From Octopus sinensis (taxonomy: Eukaryota): a stretch of DNA of 64,000 bases. A program made the position numbers and the translations under genes. Shown piece after piece: positions 27,700-40,780 of this stretch; position 1 is the first letter of the stretch, and the number at the start of each line of letters is the position of its first letter. The DNA lies in assembly GCF_006345805.1 (NCBI RefSeq), contig NC_043007.1, positions 51,522,001 to 51,586,000 on the forward strand, in the 5' to 3' direction. The notes under the pieces are model-generated. The model was not told where the DNA came from. It made no database searches and saw only the letters and a list, made by a program, of their open reading frames with translations.

Positions 27700-28042
27700 G
27701 CAATCCTTAAACAACTGAATAAGAGTTGTTTAAGGATGTTGAATGAAACACCTATGTTTCCAAAGGTGAATTATCCAAACCGCAAAGAATTCTTCTCAAT
27801 ACATGACTATGATAGTCCCTTACTACTTCTGCACGTGATCAGAAATGCACATATCGTCAGCCACTAAGGGACATGCTCAACTGGTTATGGTCAAACAACA
27901 TGCAAGCAAATCTGTGGTATTGAGCAGATATTTGATGTAGCCCATCTTTTATAACCAAGACAAACAATGTACATGATAACACTTCCATTCACTTAAGCTC
28001 AGAAGCCATGACAGCCACTGCCTGGTACTGCATCAGGGCATT
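27700..28042 (-). mobile_element. Family T element retaining its 5' end, 3' part lost
   Basis: Minus strand starts (AAT)n-AATGCCCTGATGCAGTACCAGGCAGTGGC, homologous to 59407-59987. Confidence 0.8.
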
Positions 28043-28062
28043 TATTATTATTATTATTATTA

Positions 28063-28095
<33 letters not shown>

Positions 28096-28130
28096 CATTA
28101 TTATCATCATCATCATCATCATCATCATCG

Positions 28131-28184
<54 letters not shown>

Positions 28185-28198
28185 CCACCACCACCACC

Positions 28199-28232
<34 letters not shown>

Positions 28233-28293
28233 ACATCATCATCATCTTATTATTATTATTATTATTTTTATTTTTATTATTGTTATTATTATT

Positions 28294-28383
<90 letters not shown>
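28043..28383. repeat. Compound (TTA)(TCA)(CCA)(TCA)(TTA)(TCA)(TTA) microsatellite
   Basis: Direct reading; similar tract at 37440-37670. Confidence 0.96.
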
Positions 28384-28384
<1 letters not shown>

Positions 28385-28385
<1 letters not shown>

Positions 28386-28465
28386 AGGCGGTGAGCTGAC
28401 AGAATAGCTAGCATGCCGGTAAAATGCTCCATGGCATTTCGTCCGTCTTTACGTTCTGAGTTCAA
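28385..28465 (+). mobile_element. SINE family B head fragment
   Basis: AGGCGGTGAGCTGACAGAATAGCTAGCATGCC..CGTTCTGAGTTCAAA. Confidence 0.7.
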
Positions 28466-28985
28466 ATATTTAAATCTCGATATTATCCTTATTTATAAAT
28501 TTATATTATTTGTCGCTATATTCACTGCGGTGTTTGTTTTGACCATATCGTGCTTATGAGGTGGTTGGCGGGCAATTTGAACTGGCCTTGTACATACGTG
28601 CATATATATGTATGTATGGACGTTCGTATATGTAAGTATAACATGTGTTCTGTATATATATATTTGTATTTATGTGCCCATCTGATATATTCAATTGATG
28701 AAGGCAGAGCTTATCTGAAGCAAAGCTAGAAATCCAGGATCTTGAATTATTCAGTAATATCTTTTTGCTAGTCTATTTTGTCCCTCTGTCTTATCTCAGG
28801 GTGCGATATGAACATTTAAGGTGGTTTTTAGAGTCAGTGATTAGAGTGCTATTTCAGACACCCTTATTTTTAGTTGTAAAAATTATTACCTTTGTATGGT
28901 ATTTATTCCCATGCTGGCCACTTGATAATATCGATATTTAAATATCGATATTATCCTTATTTATAAATTTATATATACATATATA

Positions 28986-29033
<48 letters not shown>

Positions 29034-29449
29034 GTATGTATATATGTATGTATAGAAATGTCCAAATACCCGTAAGCATATGGATACATGTTAGCAAGTG
29101 CAAGCACACTCGTTCCCATATACTCACATACCAGCACATATGATATATAATATAATACAATATAATATAATATAATATGATATAATATAATATAATATAA
29201 TATAATATAATATAATAATGAAGTTAACGGGTTGTCATTATAACATTATATCCTCTTCTGTTCCCTTCACTTGCTATATTCTTTGATTACATATTCTTTG
29301 ATTGCTATTGAATTTTATCTCTTTACTTCTCTATTACTCCCCATACATACACACAAACACACACAAAGAAACACACATACATACACACACATACACCCCC
29401 CACACACACACACATACACACACACACACACACATATATATATAATGTA

Positions 29450-29682
29450 ACATCCCGTCGCTAGACGACGTATGAGGATCCTGTAATTCCTTGCTGAGCA
29501 ACCACACAGTATTTCGACGTTACTTGTACAGGTGCACCACGTGTTACTTGTCAGATGACGAAATGGTCGCAGAACAACGTGAAATGAAGTGTTTTGTTCA
29601 AGACCACAATGCAATTCCCTCTCCGGGAATCGAAGTCACGATCTCGCAATCGTGAGTACAACACCCCAACCACTAAGCTATG
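29450..29682 (-). mobile_element. tRNA-derived CORE-like SINE family C
   Basis: Minus strand GGAGCATAGCTTAGTGG (A box), CTTCGATTCC (B box), GTGGTCTTGAACAAAACACTTCATTTCAC. Confidence 0.7.
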
Positions 29683-29689
29683 CTCCACC

Positions 29690-30225
29690 TTCGCTCTATC
29701 AGCACTCCGTTAGTTACGACGATAAGGGTCCCAGTTGATACGATCAACGGAACAGCTTGCTCGTGAAATTAACGTGCAAGTGGCTGAGCACTCCTCAGAC
29801 ACGTGTGCCTATTTCTTTACTACCCACAAGGGGCTAAACACAGAAGGGACAAACAAGGACAGACAAACGGATTAAGTCGATTACATCGACCCCAGTGCGT
29901 AACTGGTACTTAATTTATCGACCCGGAAAGGATGAAAGACAAAGTCGACCTCGTCGGAATTTGAACTCAGAACGTAACGGCAGACGAAATACCGCTTAGC
30001 ATTTCGCCCGGCGTGCTAACGTTTCTGCGATCTCGCTGCCTTAAGGTAATTCTCAGGGAGATTCAGCGTGGCACAATGTGTGACAAGTCCGGCCCTTTGA
30101 AATACAGGTACGAATCATTCTTGCCTGCTGAGTTGACTGAAGCAACGTGAAATAAAGTGAATTGCTCAAGGACACAACCTTACGATCGTGAGCCAATTGC
30201 CCTACCCACTAAGCCACGCACCTTC
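29690..30225 (-). mobile_element. SINE family C-like copy interrupted by a family B SINE
   Basis: Head GGTGCGTGGCTTAGTGG at about 30220 and CORE-like TGTCCTTGAGCAATTCACTTTATTTCAC; 3' half resumes at 29690-29810. Confidence 0.7.
29810..30040 (-). mobile_element. Full-length SINE family B (tRNA head + Meta-like central domain)
   Basis: Minus strand CTGAGTTCAAATTCC (B box) and GTCTTTCATCCTTTCCGGGTCGATAAATTAAGTACCAG; matches 41372-41600 and partial 38280-38430. Confidence 0.85.
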
Positions 30226-30237
30226 ACTCCACCTTCA

Positions 30238-31331
30238 TCGTCTTTATATATATAAAACTGAGAATGTGTGTCTGTCTGTCTGTTTGTATGTTTCCCTAAA
30301 ACTTGAGAACTACACAACCAATTTCATTCAAATTTTACACATGCCTTACTTAGGGTCCGGGGAGTGTCATCGGCAAAAAAAGTTTTGAACTTTTTGCCTA
30401 GGGCGAGCCCACAGCAATATCATATCTTCTCCACTACGATTCCCTAAAACTTGAGAACTACACAACCAATTTCAAATTTTACACATGCCTTACTTAGGGT
30501 CCATGTAGTTTCATGGGCAAAAAAATGTTCAACTTCTTGCCTAGAGCGAGCCCATAGCAATATCATATCTTCTCCACTATTTCAGTATTACGTGTTAAAA
30601 GTGAAACAAAAACGTTTCTCTATTTTATGTCAGATACTTTCACTTTAAGAATAAAAATAATAATAACAATTGAATTATATGTAGTAAGTAATAATTAAAA
30701 TCAAACTAAAGTATAATATAAGTAAAAATAGTAATTGGTATAAAATTGCAACAATGATTTGAACTTGAATAAGTGGTTTCACATGAATGGGAATAAATTA
30801 AAAAGAAAATTAGCGTGCAGAAATGGAATAGTCCAGATGGATAAATTAAAGAAAAGACTATTGTATATAAAGTATAGAATGTAGAAAAAAAGAAGATTTG
30901 AACACATGGAGGGAAGCACCTTCGAAAAGTGTCTTGGTGCGACTATGAAAGGTATCTAATCAGAGGCGGTAAATTCGCCACAATAGAAGCAAGGTTCGAG
31001 TCAACGGAGCGTGCAAGGGAGTACTCGACTCGAACTTGCAAAGTGGAAATATTTTATTTTTACCTTTATATCTGGGACATAGGACGACCCGCAAAAAATT
31101 TTTTAATGCCCCAGAAGTAGAGGTAGGCTGGATTGTAGCCACACTTCTATACAAGAGGGAGGGCTAACAATTCCAGTCTGTTATATATTTTCAGTATTGT
31201 TATCACTAGCGATATCAAGTTATAACTTTTGTATTTTATGTGTAGATGTATATATATAGATGTACACATATATATGCACATATATACATGCACTAGCACT
31301 ATGACCCGGCAACGACGGGTCTTTAATGCTA

Positions 31332-31374
<43 letters not shown>

Positions 31375-32045
31375 ATACAAGGTCAGGTGAGGTGTGAAGC
31401 TTGGATATTTCCAGAGAAGCACTCGGCCCAAATACTGGGCTATCAACACTGTAAGATTCCTGGCCAAAGCCGGAATTCTTCAAGTGTAGAAAGTTTCACG
31501 ATAATTATATCGTAAAATGGGTTTGGCGAAGAGTAAATGAAAAGAAGACAAAAAATTTTTAAACACATCTTTAATTCTAAGTTACAATTGTTTTCATACC
31601 AACTCTATTTTCTACGCCAAGTTACGCAAAAATCCCAAATGACAATTCACGTAGTGTTTGCGGTTTTAGACATTGGAGTGACACACCGTTGATGTAATTT
31701 TGATGAAGTGCCTTTCTAATTGTCTAAAACCGCAAACAGAACGTGAGTTTTCATTTGGAACTTTTGCGTAAACTGGTGTTGTAATATGTACACATATATA
31801 TACACATATATACATGCACTAACACTATGACCCGGGAAAGACGGGTCTTTAATGCTAGTATATATATATATATATATATAATATATATATATATATAATA
31901 TATATATATAACTTTGTATTTTGTATTTTACGTGTAGATGTATATATATATATATATAGATGTACATGTAATATGTACACATATATATACACATATATAC
32001 ACGCACTAGCACTATGACCCGGCAACGACGGGTCTTTAATGCTAG
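30238..32045 (+). mobile_element. Non-autonomous Helitron with three successive 3' termini
   Basis: 5' A|TC..TATATATAAAA start with (GTCT)n and internal ~150-bp tandem duplication. Terminal hairpin GACCCG-N7-CGGGTC then CTAG|T at 31329, 31855 and 32042. Confidence 0.8.
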
Positions 32046-32071
32046 TATATATTATATATATATATATATAT

Positions 32072-32182
32072 ATGACGTACTTCTTTCAGTTTCCGTCTAC
32101 CGAATCGACTCACAAGGTTTTGGTCGGCCCAAGGCTATAGTATAAGACACTTGCCCAAGCTACTTATCACACAGCAACTCCT
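32072..32182 (-). mobile_element. SINE family A head fragment with internal deletion
   Basis: CTTCTTTCAGTTTCCGTCTACC..GACACTTGCCCAAG joined directly to CTACTTATCACACAGC. Confidence 0.75.
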
Positions 32183-32523
32183 ATATATATAATTATCAAA
32201 GTTGGGAGATAAGTCCAGGTAGGTGTATAGCAAGTCTCAGATATATATATATATGTGTGTGTGTGTGTGTATATACAAGATAAGAAAATGGAGAAATACA
32301 TCTAAATCAAATATCAATTACCAGATAATACGCAATCACATACTTTATTAAACCACCTCTTAAAAGACTGTAGGGTTAAACATAAAAAAGCAGAACAAAT
32401 CAGTGTACATAAAGGAATGTACATAAAAAGTGTACATAAAAGACTAATGTTGTATAATAAGTAGAATATATATAAAAAATATAAAAGAGAAAGAATATAA
32501 ATATAAGTAAATATAAGTATAGA

Positions 32524-32658
32524 TTACATCTTACAGCTGTTTCGGCCATGTAGATAAGTATGTCTCATTTTACCAATATTAGCCTTTTATGGTAGGTCAA
32601 TATATAGATATAAATGAGACATTTACAAAGATATCATAAGGCCTCCTCGGGGATATAC
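32524..32658 (-). ncRNA. Type I hammerhead-like motif with long stem II insert (U4C core)
   Basis: Minus strand TATATCC-CCGAGGA-GGCC..(ATGTCTCATTT/AAATGAGACAT)..GGCC-GAAAC-AGCT-GTA-AGATGTA; palindromic ACAGCTGT stem III. Confidence 0.6.
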
Positions 32659-33824
32659 ATATACATATGAGTGCATATACTCACACTCCTATACACATAA
32701 AAATATACATATACATAATAATGTAAATAAATAATATAAATTAGTAAACATATATATGTTCCATATTCAACGTTTCAGTTCTTCAACTTAATATTGTGAT
32801 AATAAACATACACATAATAGTACCTAGATGCAAACATACATAGTCAATAGTACATTATATTACTTCCTCCTAATTTCCAAAGTGTCATTAAAGTTAGCAT
32901 CATTATCGTTGTCAATACCATTAATGCTACCATTATTATCATACATAATATTATTAATAACGCTTACATTAGGATCCGAAGTGGCACATATGTATGTCCG
33001 GGTTCCAGTTAGTAATTTTCCTTATGACATAAATACACTATTGGATTTGAATTTAAATTATCATTGTCTACCTCATGGTTGGTCCGTTGAGAGCCGCCCG
33101 ACCTCCACCACACCGCACAAGAAAAACATACACATCCACACCCAACCCTAAACCCACACGTCCACATAAAACCCACACACACATGGAGACACACATGAAT
33201 ACACCCCGACACATCCCTACACATTCACTAGATTGCGGAGTGCATGTCTGTCATCGCATGGCTTATAGACAAATCAGTACAGGCAGCAGTCTATGCACTA
33301 ACACACACACTCACACGCACATCCGCATATACTCATAAATATTAATACACTCTCATATACAGTATCAGGGAACATTCACACACACATATATACATATTTA
33401 AATATATGTCTGTGCACTCATACGTACAAATAAAACCTATACTTATATCCACCCATGAATAAATATTTGCATATACATATATACATATCCAAATACGCAC
33501 CTGCGTACTCATATGTATAAGAAAAACATACATCCGTACATCCACCCTCGAACATACCTATACGTACAAAAACATACATACGTACACATACACATTTTCA
33601 CACACCTCGACACCTCAACCCACATCCACTAAATCATAAATTAAAATATATGTCTGCCCATCCAAAGACGTATATATACATACACAAAAAGTAAACAGAA
33701 GTTACTATTAACTTAGATATAAGTTCATTAATTATATATTAAATTAAATTGATCATAAGTTAGTAAGTGCCAAATAAACAAAAATAAATAATAAATAATA
33801 TAAATAAATATATATATAATATAT

Positions 33825-33891
<67 letters not shown>

Positions 33892-34552
33892 GATATATAT
33901 ATATATCCATGTATAGATAAATAGATAAATAAAATGGAATACAAATTAAGGAGAGGACAAAGATAAACCTAATATAGTAAATATAAGTGGATACGCCGAA
34001 ATGCATCCACATGCACATATATGTACATGCACGCCCCCGCACGGTCATGCGAATTCATAGCTGGGCCCACACTTACACACGATCACCGAGATGTACACCA
34101 GAACACACGTACAAGTACACGCGAATGTCCGCAAGCGCTGCACGCGAGAGTGCACGCGTTGATGCACATGCGCGGGCGCACAAACTTCGGTGCAGCGCCA
34201 CCCGAGCCCACGCTTGTGCAGCAGAAATACAACAACCCCCAACAAACCAACCGTTAAAAAAAAACCTTATATGCTCATCGGGATAGACAACTTATACTAA
34301 TTATAGACTCTCACATATTACATATTGGTATAGCAAAAACTCAAACTAGTGCCCAAATGTATGATGCGTTTATACACCCTACACAGATAAAAGACTCTGT
34401 GGGGTTCCGAATATCATGCATATATCAGAATAACTATATATTTTTGTATATTTTTCAGTCGGGACAGAAACAATCAATATAGAACACACATATGGAGACA
34501 CAAAGTTATAAATTGTAAGGACCAATAGAACAGTCCTATATAGAGGAATGCT

Positions 34553-35465
34553 AAAAGATTACTGGTAGAAGAATTAGATGTTATTTAAATCTAGAGAAAG
34601 TGTACGCCAATTTGTGAAGGCAAAAAAAAATTTCGCTCATTAATGCTGTTAATAATGGGTTGGCCGGCTTTGATGATAAAGAAAATTTCATTGATACATA
34701 AAGAGCATTTTTTATTTCTACTATTGTATACAGGTGCAGATGTTAGTATTTCCCAATCTAATTTAAAATCTATGTTTTTACTCTTGAGTTCCCAGATATA
34801 CGTACTTAACCCCGTAGAGTTCATCCTATTTTTATTTTTAAAAGTATATCTAAAAGATTACTGGTAGAAGAATTAGATGTTATTTAAATCTAGAGAAAGT
34901 GTACGCCAATTTGTGAAGGCAAAAAAAATTTCGCTCATTATTGCTGTTAATAATGGGTTGGCCGGCTTTGATTATTGCACTTATTTTCACTACTACCCAT
35001 GTTTGTCTTTCTATCATTATAGAAGCAATCTAATTTCTTGTTGTTGAAGGAGGAGATGATGGTGGCTAGATTATTCGTGATACTATATCCTATTCTAATA
35101 GTTCTATTGTTTAGGGCTACGGAGATTTCTGCCAGGGTTAAATCTCTTCAATCTGATAATGGCTGCAATTGCAGAAGCAAGAATCAATGTATGTTTGGTA
35201 ATAAATGCCTGAGGAGAGAAGTGGTTTACCAATGCACTGTAAATACACAATACAATAGCAGGGTGTACATTAGTGCGACTAAAAATAGTATAAAACAACG
35301 GCTAAACTATCATAGATATACATTTAAAAATAAAAATAGGATGAACTCTACGGGGTTAAGTACGTATATCTGGGAACTCAAGAGTAAAAACATAGATTTT
35401 AAATTAGATTGGGTAATACTAACATTTGCACCTGTATACAATAGTAGAAATAAAAAAATGCTCTT
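34553..35465. mobile_element. Penelope-like GIY-YIG fragments in tandem (minus) and inverted (plus) arrangement
   Basis: Plus ORF 35038-35505: GCNCRSKNQCMFGNKCL..VVYQC..VYISATKNSIKQRLNYH..STGLSTYIWELK. Minus ORF 34591-34824 repeats the same C-terminus with KCSLC. 294-bp-period tandem at 34553/34847. Confidence 0.88.
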
Positions 35466-35619
35466 TATTGAAATCCTCATCGTTGCAGGTAAAGTTTTGA
35501 AATAAGCCATGAATGGACATTAATTTGGGTTTGTATTATTAACTATACAAGCCTTTATTATTATTATTATTGTTGTTGTTGTTGTTGTTATAATTATGAT
35601 TATTATTATTATTATCATG

Positions 35620-37040
35620 TTTTTTCCTTCTTTCTTCAAATTTTCTTCCGTTTCTCGCCGAGTGTTTTCCATACACCTAGGGCAGAGAAGGGCATTGTAT
35701 GAATTCCCAGATTACACGCGCAAATTCACAGATAAAATATATATTTAAAAATTAATAAATAAATAGATTCATGGATGGATGTTATTTTCACAGCGATAGT
35801 GCTCTTCTCAGTACATGAGCCGTTCCAGTTAATACAATTTTTTGCACTTCCTGTAGGGATGGTAAGCCTGGAATCATTTTCAAATAGGTTTCAGTACCTT
35901 TTTTTATCATTTCCAGAGATCCTACAATCACTGGTACTGTAGTCGCCTTGAGATGCCACATTTTTTCAATTTCCATTAGCAGGTCTTTATATTTACTAAT
36001 CTTGTCAAATTCTTTCGCCGCTATATTGTGAACACAGGGAATACTCATGTCAATTAATAAACACATCCTTTTTGTCTGATCTTTTATAATAATACCTGGT
36101 CTATTAGCTTTTATAGTCCTGTTGGTCTGCACGGGAAAGTCCCATAGAATCGACACATTTTCTCCCTCAGTCACAGCTTTAGGATGGTGTTTATACCATT
36201 TGTTAGCGGCTTTGATTTTATTGTAAATACAGGCCGACTCTGTCATGTCTTGCTTTATATTTTGCAGGTGCTAAGACTCTACACTCTGAGATTAGGTGGT
36301 CTATTGTTTCAATCTCATCGATACAGAATCGGCATTTTAGGTCAGCTCCATTTTTCATCACATTGGCTTGGTAGTTCCAGGTAAATAAGCTTTGGTCTTG
36401 AGCAGCTAATATGAAACCTTCACTTTCTGCTTTTAGCCCTGAACTTCGTAACCATTGGTGCGTGTGTTTCTGGTCGACATCAGCTTGTTTGCTACGGCTG
36501 TTCCCATGTGCTTTGTCTTTGCAATTAATTTTATTTTCTTTGCAGCTGCAGCTGGCGCATTTTCTTCAGCCTGATCAATCTGGTGGGTATCTAAGAGATC
36601 AGCAGCGAATTTTTTGCTCTCTTTGAGAATAGAGTGAAGTTTTTTAGGTCTTTCATGTTTTACAACAAGTTTTAGCATCCAATCGTTGGTTGATTCAAGG
36701 TATTTGGCCAGTCCGATTGTGGTAGTTTTGTATGTAAGTTCAAGCTGGATCAAACCTCGACCTCCCTGAGCTCAGGGAAGGTAAAGGCGATCCACGTCTG
36801 CCTTTGGATGCGGCATCTTATTACAAGTTAGTAGCTTGCGGATTTTTCTGTCAATTTTCTTATTTCACTGGTATTCCAGTTAAGCACATTGAAGCTATAA
36901 AGAATAACTGGTACTGCTAAGGAATTTATGGCTAAAACCTTATTATATGCATTCAGCTCAGACTTCAGGACTGCTCGAACTTTTCTATAACATTTTTTCC
37001 TAACCTTCTCTTTCATGCTTGCATGCTGAATACCAGAGCC
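35620..37040 (-). mobile_element. R4/Dong-like LINE family DB, 5'-truncated, frameshifted
   Basis: NKVLAINSLAVPVILYSF; LIQLELTYKTTTIGL; CRFCIDEIETIDHLISEC; WDFPVQTNRTIKANRPGIIIKD..LLIDMSIP..KISKYKDL..GTAHVLRRALSL. (TAA)n tail on the minus strand at 35540-35617. Confidence 0.9.
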
Positions 37041-37451
37041 TTCATTTATTCAAGGGAGGAAGCAAAGAAAAGTCATATTTTCATAGAAAGTTTTAAGGTT
37101 CACCAAAGATAGTCTTTTGTAAGTCCACACAAAGAAAAGCGTGATGTTTTTAGAAAGAAGAAAAAAAAGGGATGTTTACAGAGGCAATTGTGGGTATTAA
37201 AGTTTTTAAAGCTGATCGATTGTGTGATTGAAAACTGTAGATATGTAAATTTGTAAATTTTTAAACTTATTTTGAAGAGAATTTTAAATACTCACAGGAT
37301 ATTGTAGATATTCCAGTCTTTGAGAGTTATTTTCCCCCGTTGCTAAACTGGGTCATATTAGTATTTCTATGGCTTTCGGCTACTGAATTGTCAGAGCAGC
37401 GAGGAACACGTCCAGCCGCTGTCAAGGCTGGCGCTCCTCTTCGTATTATTA

Positions 37452-37521
<70 letters not shown>

Positions 37522-37523
37522 CA

Positions 37524-37611
<88 letters not shown>

Positions 37612-39372
37612 CACCATCATCATCTTCATCATTATCACTATCATCATCATCATTATATTTCATCATCATCTCTCATACAATTTGTTTATATACGTACATA
37701 TATGTATGTGTATGCTGTGTGCATGTGCGTGTACTTGAGTGTATATGTAAATGTGAGTGTGCGCGCGTGTGTTGTGTTTGAGTGCGCGCGCGTAGATTTG
37801 TATGTGCATATGAAAAGATAGTACGATGCAATAACACGCTCGATTCGGTGTATCAAATTTGTATCTAGCTTCTAACATGGCTGTCAACAGATTTCAGTGA
37901 AATCTATTGAAGGCTTGAGACCGGAGATATTTACATTATCCTCCCGAACAGAGTACATTGTGTCATGCCATAAGTTTGCGAGAGATTAGAGGTCAGAGGT
38001 TTCCAAAGGAATTCTAAAACTCCCACCACCTCATCTACCTATATGTTTATGGTAATGCGGCTGGTTCCTACAGGATCTGCTGTCAGTAGTTCTGATGTTG
38101 ACAAGAGTAACAACATAAAAAATTCCAAAATGTACAACTTATATTGATTTAGCCATTGTTGTTGTCGTGGTGGTGGTTCCGGCGGCTTTAATAGTACTAA
38201 TGATGGTGGTGGTCATTATTGGACGTTCCTGTTTAGCCCCAGGTGAAATCCAATTGAGCAGCCTTATGAACATAAAGACGGCGAACTCGCAGTATCGTTA
38301 GCATGCCTGGCGAAATGCTTGGCAGTATTTCGTCCTTCCTTACCTTCTGAGTTCAAATTTGCCTTTCATCTTTTCAGGATAGATAAAATAAGTACCAGTT
38401 GAGCACTGGGGTTGATGTAATTGGATTAACTACTCCAGGGTAACTGCATCTCTCTACCAAGCAATATCGAGCCAAGCGATGTTGTGACAACATAGGCTCA
38501 TTAAACCAGTATGGTCTCAAGTTCAAATTCACGGCTTCCGCATCAGACCGTGGTTGGTGGAGAGAACATATTGAGGCCTTCGTCCGGCAGTAGACTGAAC
38601 GCAGGCAAACCTATCCATGATCACAGTCACACCATGACCATCCCAGTTTTATGTGCATGGGACCCAGAACCACAATTTTCAACATGTCCTTTCATTAAGT
38701 ATGATTTGAGAAAAAATTGACATCTATTTCTCGCAGTTCAAACCATCGCATAGAAGTTTCGCTGTTGGCTCGGTGATGGTTGATGGTATTGCTGGCGGGT
38801 GATGCCTCTCATATTGTTGTTGCTGATGAACATAAACTGGTGAACACGTTAACAGAGCGAGTTTACAGCTGTTCACATTGGAAAAAACACTATTTCGCTT
38901 TTTTTTAATATTTACACCTTACCTAATAATAATTTCTTCAAATTACATTTTTTTGTATTCTTTATTCTTACTTCCCATAACCTTTATTCCTCCCTTCATC
39001 TTTTCTTCACATCTTTTATCTATCCAATTTTTCAGTCCTCTCTCCTCTCTCTCTCTCTCTTTCTCTCTCCCTCTCTCTCTCTTAACTTTGTTCTCTCCTT
39101 TTCCCTCCCTATTTATCTATATTTTCTCTTCTCTCATCCTATGAAGTATATCTCCTTAATGGCATTTTAAAATTTTACCGTCCCTTCACTACTTAGCTTT
39201 CCATCCATGTATATGCGTGTATATCTGTATATGTTTCTGTAAGTATATATACTGTGTGTGTACCAATATGTGTATGTGTTTATGTGTGTCTGTGTATGCA
39301 TGTATGTGTGTATATATGTATACTTATGTGTGGATGTGTATATATGTAGATGTTTATGTGTGTACATGTATG

Positions 39373-39414
<42 letters not shown>

Positions 39415-39547
39415 AAATGTAGGTATACATACATGCATGTACGCGTGTGCGCGTACGTATGTGCATATTCTCTGTAGCTTCTTATGTGCACATTCTTTGT
39501 AGCTTCTTATACCTGTTAAAATGTCTATTTGATGAGCTCAGTTGTTT

Positions 39548-39642
39548 ATATCCGCCCTGATGAGATTGATGCATTACTGATCATTATTCATCCTGTCGGA
39601 TGTATTTTGAATGCATACATCGAAACATATGTCGACGATATA
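39548..39642 (+). ncRNA. Type I minimal hammerhead ribozyme motif, core intact
   Basis: CTGATGA 39557-39563; stem II GATTGATGCATT/AATGCATACATC (10/12); GAAAC-ATAT-GTC with predicted cut after 39633; stem I TATATCCGCC/GACGATATA. Confidence 0.75.
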
Positions 39643-39769
39643 AGGATATAAATGATTTAATGACAGCTTGAGCGTTTGTCACCATTTTCAATTTTTCCTA
39701 CATTCTCCTAAATACGTCTCGCTTCTCCCCGGAATCAAATCCCACATAAGTGTGACCATTTTTTCCTGG

Positions 39770-40027
39770 GACACTTAAGCAACATTTAGCTACCTTGTAA
39801 TTATTCCCCTGGATCTTTCCTAAAAATGGTGCACTCATACATATATAGGTCACCATGATTGACCGCTAACTCCATAAGTTTTTTTTATTCCCTCTCTGTT
39901 TATTTCTTCATGTTCCTTTCTATTGAAGAGCGTAGACTCGAAACTTAAAAGACCTTCCTGAGTGTCAAACTAATATACCAGTTTGTTGTTTATACATTTG
40001 TCTTCCTCTTATGTTTTTCTACGAATA

Positions 40028-40030
<3 letters not shown>
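39770..40030 (+). repeat. Non-coding repeat related to family H, with decayed minimal HHR (39916-39951)
   Basis: CTTT-CTATTGA-A-GAGCGTAGACTC-GAAAC-TTA-AAAG; downstream TTCCTGAGTGTC resembles family H; ends in (TA)n. Confidence 0.5.
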
Positions 40031-40058
<28 letters not shown>

Positions 40059-40059
40059 A

Positions 40060-40520
40060 TGTAATAAATAAAAATATATGCATACATACAAACATATATG
40101 TACGTACCTACATCTACATGTATATATACATGCATATATAAATGAATATACGTAAGTACAGGACACCACAACAAGACGTAGAAACGGGAAAAACGAAAAA
40201 TTTACAACAAGAAAACAAGTACAGGACATGCTAAACGAGGAAAAATCCACCGTCATCAGCTGTCGCTAGTTAACTCAGGCGTGTTTCGAAGGCAAGACAG
40301 GACACATCGTCAAAAGACCTTCCTGCGAGAGAATTAAAATAATATTCCAAGCAGCGGGGTAAAACGGGTAAGAACACAAACAGGATGTAACAATAAAACT
40401 GTACAATAAAATACAAGATAAAAATACATGTACAAAAAAATACAAGACGAGAAATAAAAAGAGAATACAATACGGGAAATCAAACAAACAAGAGAACAAA
40501 TGAGAAAAAACAAACAAACG
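40060..40520 (-). repeat. Family P-related repeat
   Basis: Minus strand CCTTCGAAACACGCCTGAGTTAACTAGCGACAGCTGATGACGG. Confidence 0.6.
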
Positions 40521-40731
40521 AATATATATATAATTAATGTAAACAGCAGTTTACAATATTTCACCAAAAAGGAGAATTATAATTGTCACTAAACGTAACG
40601 AGCGTGTTAAGAAGCACCTACGTTGCTAGAAATAAAAGCTGAAGCACTCTAATGTTGTAGTTAACGCACATGAATGAAAACATCTACACTAACAGAAACC
40701 TTCATTGTCCGAAAAATGCCACTCGAGATTT

Positions 40732-40780
40732 CTTACTACTGACGTCAGTTTCGAAAATTTCTGTTGTCTCATCAGTGAAG
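40732..40780 (-). ncRNA. Type I hammerhead motif, core intact, stems I/II partly decayed
   Basis: Minus strand CTTCA-CTGATGA-GACAACAGAAATTTTC-GAA-ACTGACGTCAGT-A-GTAAG. Confidence 0.65.

Noticed and set aside
29600-29682. Functional tRNA genes (also SINE heads at 16182, 41372, 57166 and B-box word at 59095)
   Set aside because: A/B boxes continue into SINE body sequence and no cloverleaf is completed.
34380-34470. Expected HHR downstream of the minus-strand GIY-YIG fragment
   Set aside because: Only partial words (CTGATAT, GGAAC..GTC) are present, with no consistent helices.
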